From positions 6,687 to 70,686 of the forward strand of contig JBPOHQ010000004.1 of assembly GCA_052035405.1 (NCBI GenBank): a stretch of 64,000 nt of DNA, written 5' to 3'. A program made the position numbers and the translations under genes. Positions 28,616-38,432 of this stretch are shown in pieces. How positions within the stretch are numbered: the stretch's first letter is position 1; the number at the start of each line of letters is the position of its first letter. The DNA is from Candidatus Nomurabacteria bacterium (GTDB taxonomy: Bacteria > Patescibacteriota > Minisyncoccia > Phycocordibacterales > UBA9973). The notes under the pieces are model-generated. The model saw only the letters and a list, made by a program, of their open reading frames with translations, did not search any database and had not been told where the DNA came from.

Positions 28616-30481
28616 TTATCTAACCTCTAAAATATCAGTTATTGGAGTTGTAGGAAGTTGGATTTCTGGGGTCTCTCTGACGGGTGGAAGCTCCACTTTT
28701 TCTGCTTCCTTCTTATCTCTTTTTGGTAAGTCAAAATATTCTGGAGTCTCCCAATACATCCAGTCAAAAAGCCCTCGCATGATAGTAGACGCTCCGACAG
28801 TACCCACAGCAGGTCCTGCTTCCATAAGGACAATAAAAGCATATTTAGGGTTTTCGTATGGGAAAAATCCTATTACCCAAGAGTTTACTTTATTTTTATT
28901 TACTCCAAGCTGAGCAGTACCTGTTTTTGCTGCAGCTTTGACGTAAGGTACGTCTATAGCTTTAGCAGTACCTTCTGTTACTGTCATTCGCATACCTTCA
29001 CGTATAATCTGGAAATCTTCTTTTTTAAAATCAAGTTGTGATATTTGTTTCTCCTTTTCAGTATCATTAATGAGGAAGTGAGGAGTTCGAAGTACGCCGT
29101 CATTTGCAAGTGCCGCTGTAGCTCGAACCATCTCAAGTGGAGTCACCTGAAAACCATACTGTCCGATAGCAGTATGATACGTATCTCCAATACGCCATGG
29201 ATCGCCTTTAAAGTTTTTGAGCTTCCATTCAGGATTTGGAATATTTCCAGATCGTTCATCAGGAATGTCTACACCTGTCTTTTGTCCGATACCAAACAGT
29301 CGTGAATATTTTTCAATATTCGAGATACCCAAACCTGTTTGTCCTTCAAAACCTCCTCCAATAGTATAAAAGTACACGTCAGAAGAGACCGCAATAGCTT
29401 CACGCATATCTGTCCAACCATGAGCCTTCCAGTCCTTAAAGATTGTAGGTTTTGTTTTGTCGTAAGGGTTTGGTATAGAGATAGATCCAGTTGAGAGGAT
29501 TTGCTTGTTTGGACTGATGATACCTTCTTTTAATGCACCCAGAGCTAGAAATGGCTTGATAATAGAACCTGGAGTATATAATCCAGAAATTGTTTTATCT
29601 AAGAAAACTTTTCTCTTGTCAGTAAGGTATTCATTTATTTTTGGTGTGTCTTTACCTTTGGATAGTACTTCAGAACTATATTCTGGATAACTGGTCGAAG
29701 TAAGAATTTCTCCATTTCGTACGTCCATGATGATTCCTGCCCCACCTTGAAAATTATTCTTATGTGATGCTTCTTCTATGAGAGAATAGAGTTTTTTTTG
29801 AATTCTCGCATCAATGGTTGTATGTAAATCCGTACCTCGTTTTGGTATATTTACAATATTTTCAGAATGTAAGTTACCTCGAGCATCTGTCTCGACTACT
29901 TTTGCACCATTCTCCCCTTTCATAAGGTCTCCGTATTGTTTTTCTAACCCATCTTTACCTATAAACTCTGTTTGCCAATACTTACCAGTACTATCTGTGC
30001 TTGGTGAACTAACGTAGCCTAGTACATGAGAAAATCCAGGAGCAAGGTAGGCTCGGTCTATAATGGTACTTTTTTGTTCGAGAGGATCTACGGGTTCTGT
30101 TGCGAGTGCGAGCAATGATTCGTTTGGCAGAGTCTCTTCTTTTTTATTCCAAGCTAATTCTTGCCCGTTTCTATCATAGATAATACCTCTGTCGGCAAAG
30201 ATAATAACTTTTGTGAGTGTGTTATCTTCGCTTCTTTTATAAAAGGCTTCGCCTTTTTTTATTTGTAAATATGTTAACCTTGTTCCAAACAAAAAAGTCA
30301 TTAGGAAAAATGATAAGCCTAAAACAAGGACAGTTTTTTTTGAGATTGGTTTTTCTATGCGTCCTTCAAATTGTTGACGGTCGAAGTTCTGAAGATTCTT
30401 TGAATCAAGAAATATCTCATCTGGTTCAACGAAGAAATTTGAATTCTTTATTTTATTTTTTCTAAAAAAATATCTTATCAT
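28616..30481 (-). CDS. penicillin-binding protein 2 / peptidoglycan D,D-transpeptidase
   Basis: SXXK (GSIIKPF), SXN (SSD) and KTG (KTGTA) motifs. Start trimmed to the ATG at 30481, which overlaps the upstream stop (ATGA). Confidence 0.85.
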   Translation of the reverse strand: MIRYFFRKNKIKNSNFFVEPDEIFLDSKNLQNFDRQQFEGRIEKPISKKTVLVLGLSFFLMTFLFGTRLTYLQIKKGEAFYKRSEDNTLTKVIIFADRGIIYDRNGQELAWNKKEETLPNESLLALATEPVDPLEQKSTIIDRAYLAPGFSHVLGYVSSPSTDSTGKYWQTEFIGKDGLEKQYGDLMKGENGAKVVETDARGNLHSENIVNIPKRGTDLHTTIDARIQKKLYSLIEEASHKNNFQGGAGIIMDVRNGEILTSTSYPEYSSEVLSKGKDTPKINEYLTDKRKVFLDKTISGLYTPGSIIKPFLALGALKEGIISPNKQILSTGSISIPNPYDKTKPTIFKDWKAHGWTDMREAIAVSSDVYFYTIGGGFEGQTGLGISNIEKYSRLFGIGQKTGVDIPDERSGNIPNPEWKLKNFKGDPWRIGDTYHTAIGQYGFQVTPLEMVRATAALANDGVLRTPHFLINDTEKEKQISQLDFKKEDFQIIREGMRMTVTEGTAKAIDVPYVKAAAKTGTAQLGVNKNKVNSWVIGFFPYENPKYAFIVLMEAGPAVGTVGASTIMRGLFDWMYWETPEYFDLPKRDKKEAEKVELPPVRETPEIQLPTTPITDILEVR

Positions 30482-30744
30482 GCTGTATGAAAGTCTAATT
30501 TCTTTTTCAAGAATTGAATAAGTAAAAATGTAAGTAAACAAACAAAACTGACTACAAATACTTCATTAAAGAATTTTGTTTCTATGCTTCCATAAAGTGC
30601 CTCTTGCATAGTGATGAGGACTACTCCTTCGACAAAAAAGGAAAAATACACCATACACAGAACACAGAGAACTGCAGAAAACCAAAATGGCATAAAGAGT
30701 AATGAAAGTAAAAGGATTATTGAAGCAAAAATTCGTAGCAGCAT
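30478..30744 (-). CDS. small polytopic membrane protein (possible divergent MreD analogue)
   Basis: Three TM helices. Stop overlaps the PBP2 start. Confidence 0.35.
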   Translation of the reverse strand: MLLRIFASIILLLSLLFMPFWFSAVLCVLCMVYFSFFVEGVVLITMQEALYGSIETKFFNEVFVVSFVCLLTFLLIQFLKKKLDFHTA

Positions 30745-30773
30745 ATCCTTATCTTAACCTCCTTTGCTTGAAA

Positions 30774-31619
30774 TTACAAAAATTTGTTCCAGAGAAATCT
30801 TAGTAAGAGAAAAAGAACAAAGATACCAAGTCCATAAAATAACAGTTTGCTTGCTAAAATATAAGCAAATATAGTGTAAAAGAACATCTCTACGTAGATT
30901 AACGGCTTAGAGCTGCTGCTCTCTTCTGTGGTTTTTACTCCTGTTGTATTGCTTTTAACATCTGTACTTTTAGTGCTTTCTCTGTCTAATGCTGCGAGCT
31001 CTTCTTTTGCTGTATCTCTCTTGATCTCTGTTTTTATAGTTAATTCCTCTCGAAAGTTTTCTATAGCATTTGCAGTATTCACGACAGGTGTCGCGATGGC
31101 TTCAGGCGTGTTTTCTAGAATACTCTGTTGTATTTTACTTATCTGACTGTTTGCTTGGGTTACCCCCTCTTTGACTGTATCTTTTGCTTCGTCTATCACC
31201 TTTTTCTTTGTTTGAATAATACTTTTTTCAGACTGACTTTCCTCTAAAGATGCTACTTCGTATTTGCCGTTTGGTAGTAAAAATTTAGCATCTTCTATCT
31301 TTGCAAAAATTTCATGATTCCCAAAAGTCACTGTCCAGTCTACAGAAACATACTGAGCTTCTTTTGGTTTTACTGTAAAACTTTTTTTGCCTAATAAAAG
31401 TGTGTTGTCATAAAAAAGAACTGTTCCAGAAAATGTTTTTACATCAGGATTAAATATGAGAGTATATACTTTTATTACATCGTCTTCTTCGAATGGTTCT
31501 TTCGAAAACCAAATTGGTGCTTTTATAAAACCAGGACTAGCTGCAGTAGCGTAAAATCTTGATGGTAAGCCCAAACCAATCAATAAGAGCAGGATAAAAA
31601 AACTATACTTATATTTCAT
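30774..31619 (-). CDS. hypothetical bitopic protein (possible divergent MreC analogue)
   Basis: N-terminal signal/TM, beta-rich segment, K/E-rich coiled coil and C-terminal TM. Lies upstream of the small membrane protein and PBP2. Confidence 0.35.
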   Translation of the reverse strand: MKYKYSFFILLLLIGLGLPSRFYATAASPGFIKAPIWFSKEPFEEDDVIKVYTLIFNPDVKTFSGTVLFYDNTLLLGKKSFTVKPKEAQYVSVDWTVTFGNHEIFAKIEDAKFLLPNGKYEVASLEESQSEKSIIQTKKKVIDEAKDTVKEGVTQANSQISKIQQSILENTPEAIATPVVNTANAIENFREELTIKTEIKRDTAKEELAALDRESTKSTDVKSNTTGVKTTEESSSSKPLIYVEMFFYTIFAYILASKLLFYGLGIFVLFLLLRFLWNKFL

Positions 31620-32496
31620 AATTGAAATTATACAATATATTTACTATCTTCTCTACATCTTTAAACCTTCCATCAATTGATGATCCTAATACTGTCACTG
31701 CGATAAAATGATTTCTTCTGTCTTTAAAGATTACACTTAAGTTACCCCCAGCGAGTTTTGTAAAACCTGTTTTTGAGAAAATAATATTTGGAATTTTTTC
31801 CAGTGAAGTATTTCTGTTAAAAACTAAATATTTCTTGCCTGATTCAGAGACAAACTCTGCTTCTTTTTTTGTAGTTACGTTAAAAATATCGGGGTATGCA
31901 AGTACTGCGTACAGAGACATTGTATTAGCATCTTCTGCTGTTCCATATGAACCAGGATTATATAAATCTATATCAAGCCCTGTGGAATTATAAAAATTTG
32001 TATTTTTCATGCCTATTTTATGTGCTTTTTCGTTCATACTTTTTAAAAAATTCGGTTTCGGTTCCAACAGTGTATAAGCACCTTCATTAGAGGAAGATAA
32101 TATGGTATACCGAGCAAGACTTTGCACTTCCCATCTATCACCCACTGAGAGAATTCCTCCACCTTCTTGTTTAGATGACTCTGGTGAAATTATTTTATAA
32201 TCTTCTCTGTTGATTTTACTTAGTGTGGTAAGTACGGTCATCGTCTTGCCAAGAGAAGCAAAAGGCATGAGTACGGACTCATTTTTGCCATATAATTTTT
32301 TATTTTTTGTACTGTCAAAAACAGAGATAGCTTTAGCTTCAAATGGAGTTTTATTTAGTTCTTCGACTAATAAAGCTTCTCTTAGCTCTTCTTTTTGTGC
32401 TTTTTGTTGAAAGTTTTTTTCTTGAATCATTCCGTAATAACAAAAAATTGCAAGCACAATAAGACTAAAAATAAGTGTATTTTCGTATTTCTTCAT
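31609..32496 (-). CDS. S11 family D-alanyl-D-alanine carboxypeptidase
   Basis: SxxK (ASLGKTMT), SxN (SSSNEG) and KTG (SKTGFT). Confidence 0.75.
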   Translation of the reverse strand: MKKYENTLIFSLIVLAIFCYYGMIQEKNFQQKAQKEELREALLVEELNKTPFEAKAISVFDSTKNKKLYGKNESVLMPFASLGKTMTVLTTLSKINREDYKIISPESSKQEGGGILSVGDRWEVQSLARYTILSSSNEGAYTLLEPKPNFLKSMNEKAHKIGMKNTNFYNSTGLDIDLYNPGSYGTAEDANTMSLYAVLAYPDIFNVTTKKEAEFVSESGKKYLVFNRNTSLEKIPNIIFSKTGFTKLAGGNLSVIFKDRRNHFIAVTVLGSSIDGRFKDVEKIVNILYNFNYEI

Positions 32497-32498
32497 GT

Positions 32499-33071
32499 TT
32501 ATTTATTAGTAATATTTGCTTTTTCCTGATTTTCCTGAGTTGTATACACGTCTTCTTTTAAACTGTTTAAGTCTCTCTGAGTTTCTAAATACATAGGCAA
32601 CTCAGCGATAGTTGATAACCCTAAGTAAGCTAATAAGTCAAAAGTAGCTTTATACAGATACTTTCTTGAATCTTTTGGGTCAGGTATTTTCTCTATGAGA
32701 CCCCTAACTGATAAAGCTCTCAATGTAAAACTAGAATTTACTCCACGTATGTAGTCTATATCTTGACGACTTGCTCCGTTTTTATACAAAATAATAGACA
32801 ATGTTTCTAAACTCGCCTTACTGAGGTCCTTATTTAATTCTTCTTTTTGTAAGGTTTCTATCATTTCGCCAAATTGCGGTGCGGTTGCGAGCATGACCTC
32901 GTCTTCCTTTTGGACTAAAATAATTCCTCTGTTTTCATATTTTTGTTTAAGCAATATCAAACCTTCTCCTATCTCTTCTGTTGAGACTTTTAAAATCTCA
33001 CTCAATTTTCTGATTGATGTTGCTTCGTTTCTAAAAAAAAGTATCGCCTCGATGGCTTGGTCTAATTGCAT
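32499..33071 (-). CDS. scpB: segregation and condensation protein B
   Basis: IEAILFFRNEATSIRKLSEIL… winged-helix pattern. Confidence 0.8.
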   Translation of the reverse strand: MQLDQAIEAILFFRNEATSIRKLSEILKVSTEEIGEGLILLKQKYENRGIILVQKEDEVMLATAPQFGEMIETLQKEELNKDLSKASLETLSIILYKNGASRQDIDYIRGVNSSFTLRALSVRGLIEKIPDPKDSRKYLYKATFDLLAYLGLSTIAELPMYLETQRDLNSLKEDVYTTQENQEKANITNK

Positions 33072-33074
33072 AAA

Positions 33075-33863
33075 TTATTCTTCGTTTAAAATTATTTCTG
33101 TACCTATATCTTCTCGCTTGTTTATAATTATATCTTCAAAATTATTTTCTTGTATCACATGTACAACCCCCACTCTGACTAATTCAAGCATTGCGAGAAA
33201 GCTCACAATCACAGTGACTTTTTCTTCTTTTGTGACACCAATTCCAGCAAACTCTTTAAAGTTCATGTTTAAGGATTTGTGAATCCTGTCTGTTAGTCTA
33301 TCTATCATCTCCTCTATGCTAACCACTTTTTTAACTTCTACCTCAGGCAAGAAAACTTTTTTAGGTATTTTGTTAATGAGCTCTTGCGCTAGCACCATCA
33401 TATTCTGAGCGGTAATTCTCTCGTCTGGTAAAAAAACCAAAACAGAATTTTTTGACTCCATTGCCGGAAAAATAATATTTTTACCAAAAGTAGTTTTAAT
33501 ATGTACTGCTAATTCTGAGTATAGTTTATAGAGCTTTAATCTGTCCTCTAGGTTTTTTATATCTTTCTCTTCTTCTTCGAGTAATGTAAGTCCTGGTAAT
33601 AGAGATTTTGATTTTATTAAAATAAGAGTTGAAGCAATACTAATAAAACTTGCTATTTCGTCTCGAGGCATGTCTTCTATGGAATTTACATAGGCGATGT
33701 AGTCTTCAGTAACGCTTGCCAAGGACACGTCATTGATGAAAAGTTTCCTTTCTTCGATGAGTCTTAGCAAAAGACCAAAAGGACCCTCAAATACAGGAGT
33801 TTTTACTTTATAGGTGCCTTCTAAAATTTCATTTTCCACTTTTTTATGGTACCATTTCTGCAT
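33075..33863 (-). CDS. scpA: segregation and condensation protein A
   Basis: …FEGPFGLLLRLIEERKLFINDVSLASVTEDYIAYV. Start uncertain: 33863 (MQKW) or 33941 (track ORF). Confidence 0.7.
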   Translation of the reverse strand: MQKWYHKKVENEILEGTYKVKTPVFEGPFGLLLRLIEERKLFINDVSLASVTEDYIAYVNSIEDMPRDEIASFISIASTLILIKSKSLLPGLTLLEEEEKDIKNLEDRLKLYKLYSELAVHIKTTFGKNIIFPAMESKNSVLVFLPDERITAQNMMVLAQELINKIPKKVFLPEVEVKKVVSIEEMIDRLTDRIHKSLNMNFKEFAGIGVTKEEKVTVIVSFLAMLELVRVGVVHVIQENNFEDIIINKREDIGTEIILNEE

Positions 33864-36477
33864 GCAAAATAAAAGACAAAGCAATACAAAAGCAAAGAAC
33901 GTCAGACTTTCAAAAGATGTAATTCCGACAGAATATGACATAACCCTTCGTCCAGATTTAGAGAATTTTACATTTGAAGGAGTAGAGACTGTTAGTATTT
34001 CTATAACTAAAAAAACGAAAATTCTAACCCTACACTCTAAAGAAATAGATATAGAGACTGCAAGTATTTTAAATAAAAAAGAAAAAATCTTTGCTACTAA
34101 AATTTCTTACGACACACACTCAGAAACAGCAACTTTTTTCTTTAAAGATTTTTTATTACCTGGAAAAACGAAACTTACCCTAGTCTTCAAAGGAATTCTA
34201 AATGATAAAATGCGTGGATTTTATAAATCCACTTATCAGGTTGATGGTAAGGTTTTTAATATGGCAACTACTCAATTTGAGGCAACTGACGCACGACGTG
34301 CATTTCCATGCTTTGACGAACCAGCACAAAAAGCAATATTCCACGTATCACTCATTGTTCCAAAGGGCAAAACAGCAATTTCAAATACATTACCAGTATC
34401 TAGTTTGGAACACTCTGACGGATATGAAGTTGTAAAATTCTCCCCTACTCCAAAAATGTCGACCTACCTCCTCGCTTTTATTATTGGTGACTTTGAGTAT
34501 TTAGAATCAAAAAGTAAAAATGGTGTGCAGGTGCGAGTATTCACTACTCCAGGCAAGAAACATCAAGCAGAATTTGCACTAGCTTGTGCTGTCAAAACTC
34601 TAGACTTTTATGAAGAATACTTCGCTATTAAGTATCCTTTACCAGTACTGGATATGATCGCCATACCCGACTTTGCTTCAGGTGCTATGGAGAACTGGGG
34701 TGCAATTACCTATAGAGAAAGTGCTTTGCTTGTAGATGAGGAAAAATCTTCTGCGTCAAACAAGCAATGGGTGGCACTTGTGATTGCTCACGAGCTTGCT
34801 CATCAGTGGTTTGGAAATCTTGTGACCATGGAATGGTGGACTCATTTATGGCTTAATGAAGGCTTTGCTTCATATATAGAATATCTCGCAGTAGATAAAC
34901 TTTTCCCTCATTGGGATATTTGGACTCAATTCTCGACTCATGACCTTGGCGTAGCACTACGACTCGACGCACTTCAACACACCCATTCTATAGAAATTCC
35001 AGTACATCATCCAGATGAGATTGGTGAGATTTTTGACGAAGTTTCGTATTCAAAAGGTGCTTCGGTTATCCGTATGCTCGGAGACTACTTAGGGGAAGAA
35101 AAGTTTCGTGATGGACTCAGATATTATCTGAAGAAACATAGCTATAAGAATACTGAAACAGAACACCTCTGGGAAGCATTTGAAAAAGTATCCCTCGGCC
35201 GTAGACCGGCCACGGGCGAGGCAAAAAAACCAACAATTATGCAACTCATGAAAAACTGGACGAGTTTACCTGGATACCCAGTGATTGAAGCAAAAAGTAA
35301 TAAAAATAAACTAGAACTTTCCCAGAGTAGGTTCTTTGGAAGTCCTATTTCTAAAACAAAATCAAAAGACAAAACTACTTGGTCTGTCCCTGTTTCGATT
35401 GGGATGCAAAATAAGACTGATAAAATACTTCTATCATCAAAAAACACAACAGTAACCTTACCTGAGACTTGGATCAAAATAAACATAGGCGAAGCCGGAT
35501 TTTACAGAACTTCCTATTCTAAAGATTTACTGGAAAAACTTATCTCCCCTGTTTTAAATAAAGAAATATCTGCAAGAGATAGACTTGGCATAGTTCGCGA
35601 CCTTTTTGCTCTATCTGAAGCAGGGATTATTATTACTAGTGATGTTTTAGAATTTCTTTATGCATATAAAAATGAAGATAATTATAGTGTGTGGCTTGAA
35701 ATAGCCATGGGTCTCGCTCGAATCGAACAGCTTGTAGCAAAATCTAAAGCAGAAGAAAAATTAGACGCATACATAAGGAAACTATTTACTCCCCTACTAG
35801 AAAGACTAACTTGGGAAAAGAAAGATGGAGAACCTCATTCAGATACATTACTACGCTCTTTAGCTATTTCTAGGCTCGGTAGGTCTCTAGATGAAAAAGT
35901 TATCCATAAAGCAAAATACCTGGTTGCTTCTATTCAAAAAGGAGAACAAGTAAATCCAGACATACGTGGTGCGTTGTATACTGTCGTTGCAAATAATGGC
36001 GGAATAAAAGAATATAATGCTTTTGTAGTTCAATACAAAAAAGAGACTCTTCATGAAGAGAAAAATCGTATTGGTAACGCTCTTGGGGACTTTAAGGACA
36101 AAGAGATCCTTTGTTTAACAGCAAACTTTGCATTGTCTTCTGATGTACGCACTCAAGATACGATAAGTATGCTTCACTCTGTTGGTTCCAACCCTTACGG
36201 TAGGGATGTTTGGGTCACTTGCATTAAAACTAATTGGAAAACTTTCTTGTCTCGTTATGGTGATGGAGGACATACTCTCGGTAGGCTTGTAAAAGCCATC
36301 AGTGCAAGTCCTGAGAAGAAACATTTAACATTCTTCCAAACATTCTTTAAAACCCATGAAGCACCCGGAGCAACTCGAGCAATAGAACAAGTAAAAGAAA
36401 GACTTGAGTCAAACATCGCCTGGCTTGCCCGAGATGGAAAAATAATTGACAAAACACTTGCCCGTATGTTAAATTAA
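33862..36477 (+). CDS. pepN: aminopeptidase N (M1 family)
   Basis: GAMENWG and HELAHQWFGNLVTMEWWTHLWLNEGFA. Start trimmed to MQNKRQ at 33862, overlapping the divergent scpA start within GCATGC. Confidence 0.9.
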   Translation: MQNKRQSNTKAKNVRLSKDVIPTEYDITLRPDLENFTFEGVETVSISITKKTKILTLHSKEIDIETASILNKKEKIFATKISYDTHSETATFFFKDFLLPGKTKLTLVFKGILNDKMRGFYKSTYQVDGKVFNMATTQFEATDARRAFPCFDEPAQKAIFHVSLIVPKGKTAISNTLPVSSLEHSDGYEVVKFSPTPKMSTYLLAFIIGDFEYLESKSKNGVQVRVFTTPGKKHQAEFALACAVKTLDFYEEYFAIKYPLPVLDMIAIPDFASGAMENWGAITYRESALLVDEEKSSASNKQWVALVIAHELAHQWFGNLVTMEWWTHLWLNEGFASYIEYLAVDKLFPHWDIWTQFSTHDLGVALRLDALQHTHSIEIPVHHPDEIGEIFDEVSYSKGASVIRMLGDYLGEEKFRDGLRYYLKKHSYKNTETEHLWEAFEKVSLGRRPATGEAKKPTIMQLMKNWTSLPGYPVIEAKSNKNKLELSQSRFFGSPISKTKSKDKTTWSVPVSIGMQNKTDKILLSSKNTTVTLPETWIKINIGEAGFYRTSYSKDLLEKLISPVLNKEISARDRLGIVRDLFALSEAGIIITSDVLEFLYAYKNEDNYSVWLEIAMGLARIEQLVAKSKAEEKLDAYIRKLFTPLLERLTWEKKDGEPHSDTLLRSLAISRLGRSLDEKVIHKAKYLVASIQKGEQVNPDIRGALYTVVANNGGIKEYNAFVVQYKKETLHEEKNRIGNALGDFKDKEILCLTANFALSSDVRTQDTISMLHSVGSNPYGRDVWVTCIKTNWKTFLSRYGDGGHTLGRLVKAISASPEKKHLTFFQTFFKTHEAPGATRAIEQVKERLESNIAWLARDGKIIDKTLARMLN
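35192..35221 (+). repeat. 30-nt GC-rich palindromic mini-element inserted in-frame in pepN
   Basis: ccctcggccgtagaccggccacgggcgagg shares its 13-nt left end and 8-nt right end with the insert at 411-436. Encodes SLGRRPATGE in an otherwise AT-rich gene. Confidence 0.65.
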
Positions 36478-36591
36478 TCTTAATGAATTTTGATATTACA
36501 GTAAACCAAATATCTTTCCGACGACGGAACTCACTTTCTCGTGAGTTCACTTCAGAGTATTTGTAATATCTTCTCTAGACTACAAATTTTC

Positions 36592-36623
36592 AAAAGTGAC
36601 CTCATGAAGAGGTCACTTTTTTG
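36592..36623 (+). terminator. rho-independent terminator
   Basis: gtgacctc-atgaa-gaggtcac followed by tttttt. A second hairpin lies upstream at 36519-36549. Confidence 0.75.
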
Positions 36624-36655
36624 TTCACCCGTTCTTCAAAAAAAAAAGAAATATC

Positions 36656-37177
36656 ATGCAAATATTCACATTTAACAATGGCAATCCTGAACTCGAAAGT
36701 TATCTATCTTGGTGGATTGCTGCCACCCAAAGAGAACCGCATATGGTATCTCTTGATGAAAGTTTTAGAGTTGACTTATTGCATGCCGTTATTGCAATAG
36801 AAGATGGTAGACCCATAGGAGCGGCAGCTATCGTTCCGGCTCGTACAGCATTGCACGAACCAATACAGTTTGGACCTAAAATGGTTGTCGAACTCGGTTC
36901 TAACTTTGTTGAGCCAGACTTTAGGAGAAATGGTTTGGCACGTGCTTTTGTAGAAGAAAGGATACGTGTATCACGTGAATACAACTGGTTTCCAGTTAGT
37001 GTAACCACAAACCCGGCAGTCCAAAGTTTATTTAGGAATATTGGCGGTAAGCCAATAGACGAAGAAGATTTATTAGAGTTTCAGGATTTAAAGAAAAAGT
37101 TATGTATGTGTCAGAATGGTCCAGGTCAATGTAACTTTTGCCCATTTACTAAAAATGCAGCATGGTACTTCCCTTAA
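36656..37177 (+). CDS. GNAT family N-acetyltransferase-like protein with a C-terminal Cys cluster
   Basis: FRRNGLARAF acetyl-CoA-binding-like motif and C-terminal CMCQNGPGQCNFCP. GC about 42%, versus about one-third locally. Confidence 0.45.
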   Translation: MQIFTFNNGNPELESYLSWWIAATQREPHMVSLDESFRVDLLHAVIAIEDGRPIGAAAIVPARTALHEPIQFGPKMVVELGSNFVEPDFRRNGLARAFVEERIRVSREYNWFPVSVTTNPAVQSLFRNIGGKPIDEEDLLEFQDLKKKLCMCQNGPGQCNFCPFTKNAAWYFP

Positions 37178-37230
37178 ACCAAACAGGTTAATTGCCCCAA
37201 TTAACCTGTTTTTTGTATAATACAAGTCAT

Positions 37231-38085
37231 ATGGATAAAAATAAATGGTTTGAAAAATTTGAGAAAGGATACACATTAAAAGGGGCAAAAAAAGGGCCTA
37301 GAAGTGTTATATTTGCAGGTATACATGGAAACGAAGTATGTGGAGTAGAAGCTTTTTATAATGTTGTGCCGAACCTTAGTTTAGACGCCGGAGAAGTATA
37401 TTTTGTATTTGGTAACCCAGAAGCTGTCAAAAAAAACACTAGGTTTACTGAATTTAATATAAATCGAGCTTTCAAAGAAGCTAAATTTTATAATTCTAAA
37501 ATTAAGAAAACATATGAATACAAGCGTGCTCAGTATTTGAAAAAATTCCTAAATAAAGCTGAAGTGCTTTTAGACATACACTCAACGACCAACCCTGGGA
37601 GTAAACCTTTTGTTATTGCTGAGAAAAACTCAAAAAACATCACGCAACACTTTACTAAAAAATTTGTCCGTGAAGTTAGAGGTTTTGGAGATATTGAACC
37701 AGGAGCTACTGAAGACTACATGAACTTCAGAAATAAAATTGGTATCACTATTGAATGTGGTCAACATGAAGACACTAAATCCATAGAAATAGCTAAAGAT
37801 ACTTTACTAACTTTCCTAGAAGTAAGAGGTCATACCCTAAATAAGAGGATTAAAGTAAAAAATACTAGACCTGTTTTTAAGGTAGAAAGATTATATCTAA
37901 CTAAAACAGAAAATTTTACACTGAAAAAGCAATTTATAGATTTTAGTCCAATTAAAAAAGGTACTATCATAGGTGCCGACGGAGAAGAAATTATAAAGTC
38001 AGACCGAGATGGTGTTATCGTATTTGCTCATAATTGTAAAGGTACGGGTCAAGAAGCATTTATCTTGGGTAAGCAATTAAAGTAG
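37231..38085 (+). CDS. succinylglutamate desuccinylase/aspartoacylase family zinc hydrolase
   Basis: GPRSVIFAGIHGNEVCGVEA. Start trimmed to MDKNKWF. Confidence 0.7.
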   Translation: MDKNKWFEKFEKGYTLKGAKKGPRSVIFAGIHGNEVCGVEAFYNVVPNLSLDAGEVYFVFGNPEAVKKNTRFTEFNINRAFKEAKFYNSKIKKTYEYKRAQYLKKFLNKAEVLLDIHSTTNPGSKPFVIAEKNSKNITQHFTKKFVREVRGFGDIEPGATEDYMNFRNKIGITIECGQHEDTKSIEIAKDTLLTFLEVRGHTLNKRIKVKNTRPVFKVERLYLTKTENFTLKKQFIDFSPIKKGTIIGADGEEIIKSDRDGVIVFAHNCKGTGQEAFILGKQLK

Positions 38086-38089
38086 TTTC

Positions 38090-38431
38090 TTACAAAATAG
38101 CATTTATTTTGGCTGCAACTATATAATCATTTTCTGAGAGTCCAGAAATAGAATGAGTCCATAAAGTAACAAGAACTTTCTTGTAATCATGCAAAAAGAT
38201 ATCTGGATGATGACCCTCCATCTCTGCAATATCCCCTACTCTATTTACAAAGTCGAGTGCTTTGACAAAGTTTTTAAATTCAAATTCCCTTGAGATTTTT
38301 TGCGGAAGTCCAACTTCGGCAAGAGTCCAACCTTTCACATCTACCATGTATTCTTCTGCACGCTCACGGTCAAAAGGCTTTATTCCTTTTTTCTCACATG
38401 GTACACATTTTTTCTTGGTTAGATCTGCCAT
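38090..38431 (-). CDS. phhB: pterin-4a-carbinolamine dehydratase
   Basis: …EMEGHHPDIFL… signature. Confidence 0.8.
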   Translation of the reverse strand: MADLTKKKCVPCEKKGIKPFDRERAEEYMVDVKGWTLAEVGLPQKISREFEFKNFVKALDFVNRVGDIAEMEGHHPDIFLHDYKKVLVTLWTHSISGLSENDYIVAAKINAIL

Positions 38432-38432
38432 A

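Noticed and set aside
36519-36549. Hairpin gaactcac…gtgagttc after pepN as a separate regulatory element
   Set aside because: It has no U-tract. The adjacent hairpin at 36592-36623 is the functional terminator, so this is probably just an accessory stem.
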